From: an uncultured bacterium
GTDB lineage: Bacteria; Patescibacteriota; Minisyncoccia; UBA6257; 2-01-FULL-56-20
Reading direction: 5' to 3'
NCBI GenBank assembly: GCA_963745135.1
Contig: CAVUWW010000047.1
Span: 1-40,965 of the forward strand
DNA: 40,965 bases
In this document: one piece after another, positions 17,554 to 26,140 of the stretch
Numbering within the stretch: position 1 is the stretch's first letter
How the letters are laid out: the number at the start of each line of letters is the position of its first letter
Notes under the pieces: generated by a model
What the model was told of the DNA's origin: nothing
The model's input: only the letters and a program-made list of their open reading frames with translations
The model's database searches: none
Translations under genes and position numbers: made by a program

Positions 17554-18516
17554 TTAAGGATTGTTCTCGCCCTGCTTCCGCAGCGACTCGTGTATCGCCT
17601 TCCGCAGCGCCTCGATGTCCACGTTTTGCTTGGGGAATTTTTTTGGCTGGGGCGGATTTTTCACACCGACTGCAGCTTCGAGCGGCGTGAGTGGCTTCGG
17701 CTTTTCCGAATTCCCCTTGACCGGAGCAGCCGCAGTGGCGGGAACCACTGCGCGTTCTCCGCTCTTTGAGGTTGTACCTATATTTTGCGGGAATGAAGTG
17801 TTCTGCCGCGGCAGAGAGAAAGTTCTCGGGTTCCTTATGACTTGCGCTTTGCGACTTGCGCCTTGTCCAAGCATTTCCGCCAATCCCCGCTCGCCGCGAC
17901 GCTCCATCTTTTCCTCAACTGCGCCGCCGCCGCCGAAGTCCAAAAGGTCGCTCGTAATCCTCGCCTCCACCACGCTCCGCGGCGTACCGTAGCGGTCGCG
18001 CGTATTCTTCATGATCACGTCGCGGTAGTTCACGAGCGGCAGTTTCTGCGGCGGCAGCGTCTCGGCGGAAAACGGCCGCGATGCGACGCCATCGATCATC
18101 AACTTGATGTAAATGTTCGCCTTCGAGAGGTTCACGAGATCGGTCTGCAAAAATTCCGGCATGAATTCTTTTTCCAAAAATTCCGCATCCTCAGCGCCCA
18201 CACGGAACGAGATGATCGTGCCGACGTTGCCGAACACCGCGTCGCGCACCTTCGTGTTCTGCTCGGCAGTCACGAGTTGGCCAATGTACTGGTGCGCCAA
18301 GATCAGGCCGAGGCGGTATTTCCGCGCCTCCGACAAGATGTTCGCGAACGAATCCGTCGCGAAGTTCTGGAACTCGTCAACGTAAAGGAAAAAATCGCGG
18401 CGTTGTTCTTCCGGCATGTCCACGCGCGACATCGCCGCGAGCTGCAGCCGCGTGATGATCATCGCGCCGAGGAGCGCTGAATTGTCCTCGCCAATCTTCC
18501 CCTTCGAGAGGTTCGC
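17554..18516 (-). CDS. VirD4/TraG-like (FtsK/HerA superfamily) ATPase, C-terminal fragment after the frameshift
   Basis: Contains Walker B (FFLYVDEFQNF). Upstream in the same frame it reads ANLSKGKIGEDNSALLGAMII, continuing the N-terminal fragment. Confidence 0.7.
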   Translation of the reverse strand, partial: ANLSKGKIGEDNSALLGAMIITRLQLAAMSRVDMPEEQRRDFFLYVDEFQNFATDSFANILSEARKYRLGLILAHQYIGQLVTAEQNTKVRDAVFGNVGTIISFRVGAEDAEFLEKEFMPEFLQTDLVNLSKANIYIKLMIDGVASRPFSAETLPPQKLPLVNYRDVIMKNTRDRYGTPRSVVEARITSDLLDFGGGGAVEEKMERRGERGLAEMLGQGASRKAQVIRNPRTFSLPRQNTSFPQNIGTTSKSGERAVVPATAAAPVKGNSEKPKPLTPLEAAVGVKNPPQPKKFPKQNVDIEALRKAIHESLRKQGENNP

Positions 18517-19237
18517 AGATGAAAATTTTGCCGCTGTCCATGATGTCGCGCATATTGAGCGACGACCGCGGCTGGCCCAAAATATTCCTCACGAGCGGAT
18601 TCGAAACAAACTGACCGACTTTGTTCTGGATCGCGGCAAGCGCTTCGGACTCAAATTTTTGGCTGTATTGCGAAAATTCGTCCTGCCAGAACGAGCGGAT
18701 GATCGGGTCCTGCAGGTTGTCCACGATCTTTTTCCGGTATGCCCTGTTCGAGAACATCTGCATGATGCCCAAGAGTGTCGCGCCGGGATATTCCAAAAGT
18801 GCGAGCAGGGTGTTATTCAAAATGTATTGCATGCGCGCAGACCACGCATCGGCCCAGATCTTCTTGAAGACGCCCATCAAGCCCGACGCCACGAGGTGCC
18901 GATACTCCGTACCCACCTGCTCCATCGGGTTGAACGCGATTGGGTGCTCCATGTCAGAGGGGTCAAAGTAGATCACGTCGTCGAGCCGCTCCTCCGGAAC
19001 GAAATCAAGCATCTTCTCCGCGAACTCGCCATGCGGGTCGATCACACCGACGCCTTTCCCCGCCTGAATGTCGGCAATCACCATATTCTCAAGCAGGGTC
19101 GTCTTACCCACGCCCGTCTTCCCGATCACGTAAACGTGCCGCCGCCGGTCGTCGAGCTTGATGCCGAATTTCTTCCGCTGGTTGCGGAAGTTATAGACGC
19201 CGATGGGCGCAATGTCGCTGTTGGTGAGTTCGTTCAT
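18517..19237 (-). CDS. VirD4/TraG-like ATPase, N-terminal fragment
   Basis: Contains Walker A (VIGKTGVGKTTLLENM). The reading frame is lost after ...MDSGKIFI at about 18517. The rest of ORF 18377-19237 is Arg/Ala-rich nonsense. Confidence 0.7.
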
Positions 19238-19354
19238 TTTAAACAGAGGTTTGAGGTTGGAAGTTAGAAGTTAGAAAAAATCCAAGCTCCAACTTCAAAG
19301 CCCCAAGCTCATCTTTAAATCATCTTACCCTCCTTTCCGCCTTATGCCGATGGG

Positions 19355-19384
19355 TTGACAGATCTAAAACTATCATGCTAATAT
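19355..19384 (+). promoter_or_regulatory. Sigma-70-like promoter candidate
   Basis: TTGACA (19355-19360), an 18-nt spacer ending in TGC, then TAATAT (19379-19384). This is an extended -10 box about 30 nt upstream of an ATG with a GGGGTG Shine-Dalgarno sequence. Confidence 0.4.
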
Positions 19385-19414
19385 ATAATCAGAAATTCCC
19401 GCGCGGGGTGAATT

Positions 19415-19660
19415 ATGCTTTTTAGCAAAGAAGAGGCGCTGGATCAACGCGAAGCGAGATCGAAAGCATGGCGGCGAACGTTCGCATTTCTCCCGATTCG
19501 GGTTGGAACCACATCATTTCTGCACGGCCGCTACGCATGGCTGCGTTTCGTTGAACAGAGAAAGCCGGATCCTTTCCTCGCTCCGTCCGTCATGGAATAC
19601 CGCCTGCCCGGTTCCAAAGAATCATATCGATGCTTTGAAAATCTGCGGGGCCGTCAGTAG
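19415..19660 (+). CDS. Small hypothetical protein (81 aa)
   Basis: The ORF has its own promoter-like and Shine-Dalgarno-like signals, in a 615-bp gap that is otherwise non-coding. Confidence 0.35.
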   Translation: MLFSKEEALDQREARSKAWRRTFAFLPIRVGTTSFLHGRYAWLRFVEQRKPDPFLAPSVMEYRLPGSKESYRCFENLRGRQ

Positions 19661-19852
19661 CCCATCGCCAGTTTTCTCTCTCCGTCCTCCGGCCGCTCAC
19701 TTTGTGGGCAGCCTTTTTTAATTCCTGAAAGCGTTGGTTCCTGCTCCCGTGTCGGAGTACGGGACAGGCTTCGCGGGAATGACCCCTCGACCATGCTCGG
19801 GGCAGGCAGAAAAAATTGCATTCCCTATACCCTATCCCCCATACCCCATACC

Positions 19853-21133
19853 CTACTCTTCTATCACCGGCACGCTCGCCGGCGGGCTGCCCTTCCTCGA
19901 CGCGATCTTCTCGAGCTCGGTCGTCGAGACCGCGGTGATCGGGAAGTGGTAGATGGTCGCGAGCTCCTCGATGTTCAGGATGGATTTTTTGGAACCAGGC
20001 ACAAGATTCCGGTAACTGTCATACATGAGCCGCTTGCGCAACCGGATCTTTGTTTTCCTAAAAAGCCCGTGTACCGCGTACGATGCCGTCGTCGTCGGGC
20101 TGTTCGGCTTCAGTGAATTCATGTCCTGCGTGTTGAACTGCCGGATGAAACCATGCACCGTATTCAAAAATCCCTCGTCCGGCGCGCCGTTGCGGTTGAT
20201 GTAAACGAACCTGACCGTCGCTTCGAATGCGATCTTCGATATCTTCGCCTGTATCCCGTCCATGACGTCCTTTTCGCCCGAAGACAAGATCATGCGCGTC
20301 GCTTTCGGCTTTTCCTCTTTTTTGGGAACGACATCCCCGGGATGCCTGAAAGGCGCCGCGATGACATCTCCCAAGGAGATGCCGAGGCCAAAGCCATCGA
20401 ACAATCCCGACGGCTTTTTCTCTTCAATGCCCATCATTTTTTTGATCTTCGCCTCGCCTTCCTTCTTGAAATCTTCGCCGGTGGGCTTGACGATCAGCTG
20501 GTACCACAGCTGTTCGTCGTCCCGAAGTCGCGACATCGCCTCCATGAGCGGCCCGATGGGATCGAGCCGCTGTTCCTCAACGGACTCCTCGAACGAGTCA
20601 TAAGTCCGGATCGGCAGGTAATTTTCGTGCCGCAGCACTTCCTCGAATCCCGACACGTCAAAGTTCCGGTTCGGCAGGTTCTTCGGAAACTGCTCCAAAT
20701 AATCCTCTACTTCCGATATCTCCGCTTCGGGATATTGCCCATAAATCGCCGACTCCATCATGTGCCGGAAATCCCCCGGAATCCGCAGGTAAAAGTGGCT
20801 CTCTCCCGCCCGCCCAATGAGCTCGAACGACATCCATGGCTCTTCCATGCCTTTCCAATATTTTCTGAACGCGGAAAGGCCGTAGGAATACGGCGCGTGG
20901 GCGGCGGCGAAAATCTGTTCCATCGCCTTTGGGGTCTTGAGGACATTCTTTGGCACCTTGATTTCGAGAAACTTCCAGTTCATCCGCTTCAAGAAACGGA
21001 CGTGCAGGTACAGCTTCCAGGACTCCCAAAAAATAACCGCCGCGATCGCCGGCAGCACGATCCACCAGACCGCGTTCCATGCGGCCGCGATGCTTTGGAG
21101 GAGGATGTTCAGTTGGGAAGAAGCGATATCCAT
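19853..21133 (-). CDS. Membrane-anchored hypothetical protein, upstream partner of the VirD4-like ATPase
   Basis: 426 aa with an N-terminal TM hairpin (WWIVLPAIAAVIFW) and then a soluble domain. Same strand as the ATPase. No family recognised with confidence. Confidence 0.6.
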   Translation of the reverse strand: MDIASSQLNILLQSIAAAWNAVWWIVLPAIAAVIFWESWKLYLHVRFLKRMNWKFLEIKVPKNVLKTPKAMEQIFAAAHAPYSYGLSAFRKYWKGMEEPWMSFELIGRAGESHFYLRIPGDFRHMMESAIYGQYPEAEISEVEDYLEQFPKNLPNRNFDVSGFEEVLRHENYLPIRTYDSFEESVEEQRLDPIGPLMEAMSRLRDDEQLWYQLIVKPTGEDFKKEGEAKIKKMMGIEEKKPSGLFDGFGLGISLGDVIAAPFRHPGDVVPKKEEKPKATRMILSSGEKDVMDGIQAKISKIAFEATVRFVYINRNGAPDEGFLNTVHGFIRQFNTQDMNSLKPNSPTTTASYAVHGLFRKTKIRLRKRLMYDSYRNLVPGSKKSILNIEELATIYHFPITAVSTTELEKIASRKGSPPASVPVIEE

Positions 21134-21141
21134 GGAGATTT

Positions 21142-21220
21142 GTCATCCCGGCGAAGGCCGGGATCCATGCTTCCAATCTTCAATTTTGAAAGCGTGGATT
21201 CCCGCCTGCGCGGGAATGAC
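21142..21220. repeat. Inverted pair of GTCATYCC...GGRATC palindromic units
   Basis: GTCATCCCGGCGAAGGCCGGGATCC at 21142-21166. The reverse complement of 21196-21220 reads GTCATTCCCGCGCAGGCGGGAATCC. Each unit is itself a stem-loop. Confidence 0.65.
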
Positions 21221-21231
21221 ACAAAATAAAG

Positions 21232-22260
21232 CTACGCCTCACGGACGCGATACCTCCCGTCAGGAAGGCGCTCAAACAAGCTCTTGTTCTGCAGATTGAT
21301 GACAATCGTGTTCGGCTTGAACATGCGCTGCTTCGTGACCTGGCTCACGACTTCGCGCGGCGCCAAGGGACCCTTTTCCTTCAGCACTTTCGCGATGACC
21401 TCGCGCGCGATGCCCGGCTCGTAGCCATCCTCGCGCAAGCCGTACATGCCGCGGCCGACGAGCACGAAGCGCTCATCCTTGATCAATTCGTTGTGCACCG
21501 TGGGGCCGAGCGCCTTCTGGCCGTCGAAACCGACTTTATTGATGTGCTCCGCAATGTCCATGAAATGGAGCGGCTCACTTTTCTTTTTGAGCACGAGATA
21601 GATCTTATCGCGCACCGTCTTCGGATTGACCTCCGGCCATTCCTGCAGGCCGACGTCACCGTACGGGTTCGCACCAATCAGTTTTGAAAGTCCGAGGTAA
21701 TTTTCCACGACCGGGTTCACGACCGTTTTTATTTTCGAATAGTTCGCCAATTCGGTTTTGTAATTTCCCGAGAAAACACTCTCGCGCTGGGCTTTTAGCA
21801 TGCCTACCCAGCCGTCAACGAACGCTTTCGCCGCCTTGAACTCCTTTTCGCCGCCGCAATACAACGGGGCGAATTCCTCATCCTCGCGGCGCGCCTGAAA
21901 AGCGCCAGTCGCCTCGGCGAGGAAATCCAAATGCGTTTCGCGGATGCCTTTCGCGAATGCGCCCGCGTATTCCGCGACATCTGCCTTTCCGGCGATGCCG
22001 CCCTTGCCCTCAATATATTTCATGACCTTCGCAAGCAGCGCATCCGCCTCTTCGTTCTTTGCCAAATTCACCTTCGCGAGCGCCATGCCGGCATTCTCGA
22101 TTTGCCGGATGCGTTCACGCGTCACGTGCAGGCGGTCGCCGATTGCCGCGAGCGTCTCGCCTTCACCGGTTCCCTCAAGGCCGAAACGCGCAGTCAATAC
22201 CTCCTGCTGGCGAGGGTTAAGGTTTGTCAAAGCCGAACCGATGATCTTGGTGATGGTCAT
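21232..22260 (-). CDS. DNA-binding protein with a sigma-70 region-4 HTH and a C-terminal HARE-HTH-like domain
   Basis: LNPRQQEVLTARFGL...TLAAIGDRLHVTRERIRQIENAGMALAK is a region-4 signature. The C-terminal LHFMDIAEHINK...VHNELIKDERFVLVGRGMYGL resembles HARE-HTH. Confidence 0.6.
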   Translation of the reverse strand: MTITKIIGSALTNLNPRQQEVLTARFGLEGTGEGETLAAIGDRLHVTRERIRQIENAGMALAKVNLAKNEEADALLAKVMKYIEGKGGIAGKADVAEYAGAFAKGIRETHLDFLAEATGAFQARREDEEFAPLYCGGEKEFKAAKAFVDGWVGMLKAQRESVFSGNYKTELANYSKIKTVVNPVVENYLGLSKLIGANPYGDVGLQEWPEVNPKTVRDKIYLVLKKKSEPLHFMDIAEHINKVGFDGQKALGPTVHNELIKDERFVLVGRGMYGLREDGYEPGIAREVIAKVLKEKGPLAPREVVSQVTKQRMFKPNTIVINLQNKSLFERLPDGRYRVREA

Positions 22261-22451
22261 GGCAATGGTTGATAATGGTTTATTTTGTTTTTTTGATTAT
22301 ACACTATACCTAAATAGTTTGCAAGGGTATTCCAAATGAGCAAATAGCCCCTAAAACCGCTGAATTTATGATGTAAATGATACCATATATAAAAATTAGA
22401 GTCAAGCATCCGCAAGAGGGGCATTATTTGATATAATCAATACATTGTTTC

Positions 22452-22748
22452 ATGATCACTCTCCCGCTGATTTTGAGCGCAATATTGGGATTCACGATTA
22501 CCGAACTCATTTCCGGCCGGTTAGAAGGACACCGGCCTAAAATCGGAAATTCTATCCGAATAAAGGTAAAAGAGTACACGTTTCACGTGCACCACTGGCT
22601 TTACGCCAGCGCCGCATTGATTGTGCTCCCCTCGTCCACCGAACATAAAACCATCATCGAAGCGTTCCTTGTGGGGGTCATCATCCAGGGGCTGACGTAC
22701 AAGGATTTCTACAAGGTGATATATAAGGAGGAAGGGACGATGCTTTAA
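22452..22748 (+). CDS. Small membrane protein (98 aa), hypothetical
   Basis: Hydrophobic segments are present and it lies in an AT-rich intergenic context. No known family. Confidence 0.4.
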   Translation: MITLPLILSAILGFTITELISGRLEGHRPKIGNSIRIKVKEYTFHVHHWLYASAALIVLPSSTEHKTIIEAFLVGVIIQGLTYKDFYKVIYKEEGTML

Positions 22749-22813
22749 AAAAACGGGACTGCGCGAGGCAGCCCCTTTTCAATTGAATTGGACCATGGAG
22801 GTGATGCGCAAAT

Positions 22814-23959
22814 TTAAAACTTCACTGTTAGCGGACTGCCGAGACCCGTCACGTAATCGTACCGCTTCCGCGCATTGCAATAATATTGGCACGTGCCATT
22901 CGAGCCGCTCGTGATGTCGCGGAAGAATTTCAGCGTGCCGGACGATGCCTTGTCAACGTAGAATTTATTGAGCGAGGCCGTGAGTCCGAGCGCTTGTATC
23001 GCCGCCCACTGCGGAGCACCGGCGCTCGTGCCGCCGACCGTGTACCAGCCGTTCTTCGACGTGCCGGTCGTCTTGTAGACCGGGTATCCCGACTGCGGAT
23101 CGGCATTGTATGAAACGTCAGGAATCGCGCGCATGCCGTTCGCTTTGGGAATATTGTATGTCTTTTGGTAGCTCGGCTGGGTTTCGTAAGCCGAAACGCC
23201 TCCGCCGCTGCCCGACCACGCAAGTTCCGAAGTCAGCGTCCCGCTCGCCGTAAGCTGAAGCGTCGTGCCGCCGACGCCGACCACGTTCGGCGACGACGCC
23301 GGCCAGCTCGCGCCCGTGCCGTCGTCTCCCGACGAGGCGAAGAACGCCGCGCCGTATTTGCTCACGAAATGCGTGTCGTATGAAAGCTCGTCGGAAAATT
23401 CCGCGCCGCCCCAGCTCATCGAGACCGCCACGGCATCCTTCCGCTTGGCGGCATAATCCACCGCCGCGAGCAGGTTCGCGCCGCTTGGCGTCTTCGCCTC
23501 CACTAACAGAATCTTTGCCTTTGGCGCGATTGCGTGCGCCCATTCGACGTCAAGCGAGGTCTCAAGCGCCCAACCACTGTCGGATTTCGTCGAGCTTGCC
23601 ATGATGTGCTTCTCGAAGCAGCCGCTCTTTGTGGTGCATGCCGGCAAGCCGTACGCGGCATCAAAAGTGCCGAGGTCGGCTTCGATCGTCGCGTCGTCGT
23701 ACGCGTCAATGATTGCGATCGTCCCGCTGCCGCCCGACGCCGGCAGATTATAAACTTTCTTTATCTGGCTCGGCGTGACTCCCGCAGGCGCTTTTTGCGC
23801 GGAAAACCTGATATGCAAAGGCGGCTTGCCATTGAAATCAGAAAACCGGTATGCCGCACCGGCCGTCCCCGAAAAAGCCAATGCTCCCGAAATGATGAGC
23901 GCGAACCCACCCGCGAGCATGGCGTTTATTAATTTGTTTTTCTTGATTTTTTTCATCAT
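22814..23959 (-). CDS. Secreted S53 (sedolisin-like) serine peptidase
   Basis: Signal peptide, then ETSLDVEWAHAIAP (Glu/Asp), ASSGDDG and VGGTSAGAP (catalytic Ser). Confidence 0.75.
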   Translation of the reverse strand: MMKKIKKNKLINAMLAGGFALIISGALAFSGTAGAAYRFSDFNGKPPLHIRFSAQKAPAGVTPSQIKKVYNLPASGGSGTIAIIDAYDDATIEADLGTFDAAYGLPACTTKSGCFEKHIMASSTKSDSGWALETSLDVEWAHAIAPKAKILLVEAKTPSGANLLAAVDYAAKRKDAVAVSMSWGGAEFSDELSYDTHFVSKYGAAFFASSGDDGTGASWPASSPNVVGVGGTTLQLTASGTLTSELAWSGSGGGVSAYETQPSYQKTYNIPKANGMRAIPDVSYNADPQSGYPVYKTTGTSKNGWYTVGGTSAGAPQWAAIQALGLTASLNKFYVDKASSGTLKFFRDITSGSNGTCQYYCNARKRYDYVTGLGSPLTVKF

Positions 23960-24073
23960 GCAGACAATTGTACGCCCGCGAGATGAAGAAAAGATAAAGA
24001 AATTATGAAAAAAAGATTAAAAGAATTTGCGCCGCCGGATCACGCAATCCGCCAATAAAAAACGACCCAAGCG

Positions 24074-24107
24074 CTTATTTGCTAATTCGTTTGAATTAGC
24101 AAATAAG
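24074..24107. repeat. Perfect 15-bp inverted repeat with a GTTT loop in a divergent intergenic region
   Basis: CTTATTTGCTAATTC-GTTT-GAATTAGCAAATAAG, between the peptidase start and the tRNA locus. Confidence 0.6.
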
Positions 24108-24189
24108 GATTTGGTGTTGTTTTCTTTGGAAAAACCACTACAATTCAGAAGAATTGGGGAGGAGTGGCCGAGTGGTCGAAAGCGCCGCA

Positions 24190-24228
24190 GGAACTCGTCC
24201 GAAAAAATCTAATTTTCGGACGAGTTCC
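24190..24228. repeat. Perfect 16-bp hairpin with a 7-nt loop inside the interrupted tRNA
   Basis: GGAACTCGTCCGAAAA-AATCTAA-TTTTCGGACGAGTTCC. Pairing can extend by about 5 further bp into the preceding GCCGCA, against the following TGGGC. Confidence 0.8.
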
Positions 24229-24238
24229 TGGGCAAAGC

Positions 24239-24325
24239 GGAGGGTTGGCAGAGTGGTCTAACGCGCCGCACTCGAAATGCGGTTGGGGAGAAATCCCCTC
24301 ACAGGTTCGAATCCTGTACCCTCCG
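24239..24325 (+). tRNA. tRNA-Ser (anticodon CGA), class II, no encoded CCA
   Basis: Acceptor GGAGGGT/ACCCTCC, anticodon stem CCGCA/TGCGG with loop CTCGAAA, variable arm GGGGA-GAAA-TCCCC, T arm ACAGG-TTCGAAT-CCTGT and discriminator G. Confidence 0.85.
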
Positions 24326-24405
24326 CTTCGCAAAGAATCAACGTAGCCCGCCTCTTGGGGCGGGACAAATGCGGTATGCTCGAAAGGGCTTCGTGAGTTC
24401 GAATC

Positions 24406-26059
24406 TCACCTCCTCCGCAGAGTGAGAAATTTTCTCGACAAAGCGAATAATTGCATTGTATTTACTAGGTACGCAGGAGTTCGAACCTTCTGAACTTCCC
24501 TTTCTACCCGTTCTTTGCGTTCTGCTATGATTTTCCACGGTAAATTCAGATCAAAGCTCAATACTTGACCTTTGAGTATGAAGTTCGAACCGATCGACAA
24601 AAGGATTGCCCGTTTCTCTTTCGGGCTGCCATCGTCGAATTTTGCCCGCGCATAGCACGCGAATCTGAAGGTCTCCTCCGACAGCTCGATAAGCTCGGCT
24701 TCTTTTTCGTCGGTGGTCGCCATATCGTTTTCAAGCACCGCCTTCTCTTTTTCCAGTTTCATCTTTGCCGTCCGGTATTCGTTATCAGAGATCAAGCTAC
24801 CATCGCTGTTCGCAGGAGAGGTGTATTTCAAAAACATCCCTTCGAGCTGCTTCGCAATCTCGGATATTCTTTTTGATTTTTGGCTGGCCGACTCCTCGTG
24901 CTGACGCTCCTGATTTTTGCGCGGCTCATTCACGAACCGGATCGCCCAATCCTTATACGCCTCGGAGATTTGGAATTTCCGGAGAATGAAATCAATCTGC
25001 TCTTCGAGCTTTTTCTCCTCGATGAACTTCTCCGGGCAATGCTTGTCTTTTCGCTTCGTGCAATGGTAATACACATAGCGGCAGGAGGTGCCATTCTTGT
25101 ACCGTTTCCACTTCTCCTCGGCCGTGATCGCCGCGCCGCAGTTGCCGCAGGTCATGATGCCCGTATACGCGAACTCGTGTGTCTGGAGCTTCGGCTTCCC
25201 GGCATAGCGCCCTAATCGCTTCTGTACCTCGTTGAATTCTTCCTCTGTTACCATCGGCGTGTGCTTCCCTTTGAACCAGTTGCCGGAACCCTTCGGGTAC
25301 TCAAACCAGCCGTAATAGAAAGGACTGGTCAAGATGCGGTACATCATGGAAAGCGCGAGGGGCTTCGCCGCGATGCGCTTGCTGTCGCGCGTCCTGAATT
25401 TCCATTTGTCGGTCGCTATGGCGTGAATTTCGGAAACGCTGTGCGTCCCCTTGAGCATCATCGCCCACATCTGCTTCACTTGGTTGAAGCGGTCCGGATC
25501 GGGAATGATCTCGTTCGCGCCTTTCTCGCGCGTGATGCTATTCAAGTAGCCGAGCGGCGCCCGCGAGGGATACCATCCCATTTCGAGCTTTGTTTTGAGC
25601 CCGCGCTTCACATTATTGCTCAAATCGCGGATGTACTGGTTCGCGATGCCGAATTCAAGAGACGACAGCAAAGAATTGTCTTCGGGATAATAATCTTTCT
25701 CTTGCGTTTTGATATGCAAGATTTCTTTGCGCTGGAGCATCCCGATGATCCGTCCGGCTTCGTCGGGATTGCGGGCCAAGCGGTCGAGCTTCCAGCAGAT
25801 GATGCCGTGCGCGTCGCCGCGCTTGATCGCTGCCATCATCTCGGCGAACACCGGGCGGGCGTCCGGCGCTTTCGCCGAATGAGACTCGCGGAAAATATTG
25901 ATAATATTCAAATTGAAACGGGCGGCGAGCTCTGTTAAGGTCTTCTCTTGGGAATCCAAGCTCAAGACTTGCCGGTCTTCGTCCTTCGCTCGATTTTCTT
26001 GCGTAGACGAAATAGCGCAGTTCTTTATCCGTATACTTCATGGTCATCTTGGTTGCCAT
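24406..26059 (-). CDS. Large serine recombinase (frameshifted just after the catalytic-serine motif)
   Basis: The N-terminus MATKMTMKYTDKELRYFVYARKSSE (25985-26059) is in a different frame from the main ORF 24406-25965. The main ORF carries resolvase motifs (WKLDRLARN), the recombinase domain, a Cys-rich zinc ribbon (CGNCG...YYHCTKRKDKHC) and a coiled coil. The shift lies near 25983. Confidence 0.85.
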
Positions 26060-26140
26060 TATAGCGGTTTTTTCAGATTTGTGAGCCCCCCCGTCTTTTC
26101 ATTCAAGGAAAATTTCTTTTCCATGATTTCTTTATATGAT

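Larger units (their letters stand above)
24158..24417 (+). tRNA. Interrupted class-II (Ser-like, discriminator G) tRNA gene: 5' half at 24158-24189, 3' half at 24370-24417, no anticodon loop
   Basis: Acceptor GGAGGAG/CTCCTCC pairs 7/7 and anticodon stem CCGCA/TGCGG pairs 5/5. The D arm is GCCGAGTGGTCGAAAGC. A variable arm with a GCTC-GAAA-GGGC stem-loop and a T arm GTGAG-TTCGAAT-CTCAC are present. The halves are separated by 180 nt. Confidence 0.7.

Noticed and set aside
20153-21229. Long plus-strand ORF (358 aa). Similar long antisense ORFs occur at 18416-19267, 14617-15333, 25261-25938, 26192-26971, 32120-32866, 34498-35445 and 37808-38737.
   Set aside because: Each lies antisense to a gene with clear family motifs. 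Each translates to Arg/Pro/His-rich low-complexity sequence, as expected from the mirror frame of GC-rich coding DNA.
24158-24417. Reading the interrupted tRNA as a tmRNA, or as a tRNA with a group I intron
   Set aside because: The acceptor has A3-U70 rather than the G3-U70 alanine identity pair, and there is no tag reading frame. The 180-nt insert is mostly a tRNA fold, is too short for a group I core, and lacks a U at a plausible 5' splice site or a conserved P7-type core.
24460-24492. T-arm-like motif AGGAG-TTCGAAC-CTTCT inside the recombinase 3' region, considered as a possible tRNA remnant or att duplication
   Set aside because: There is no adjacent acceptor-strand match to either tRNA. 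The region is in frame and sensible as the recombinase C-terminus.
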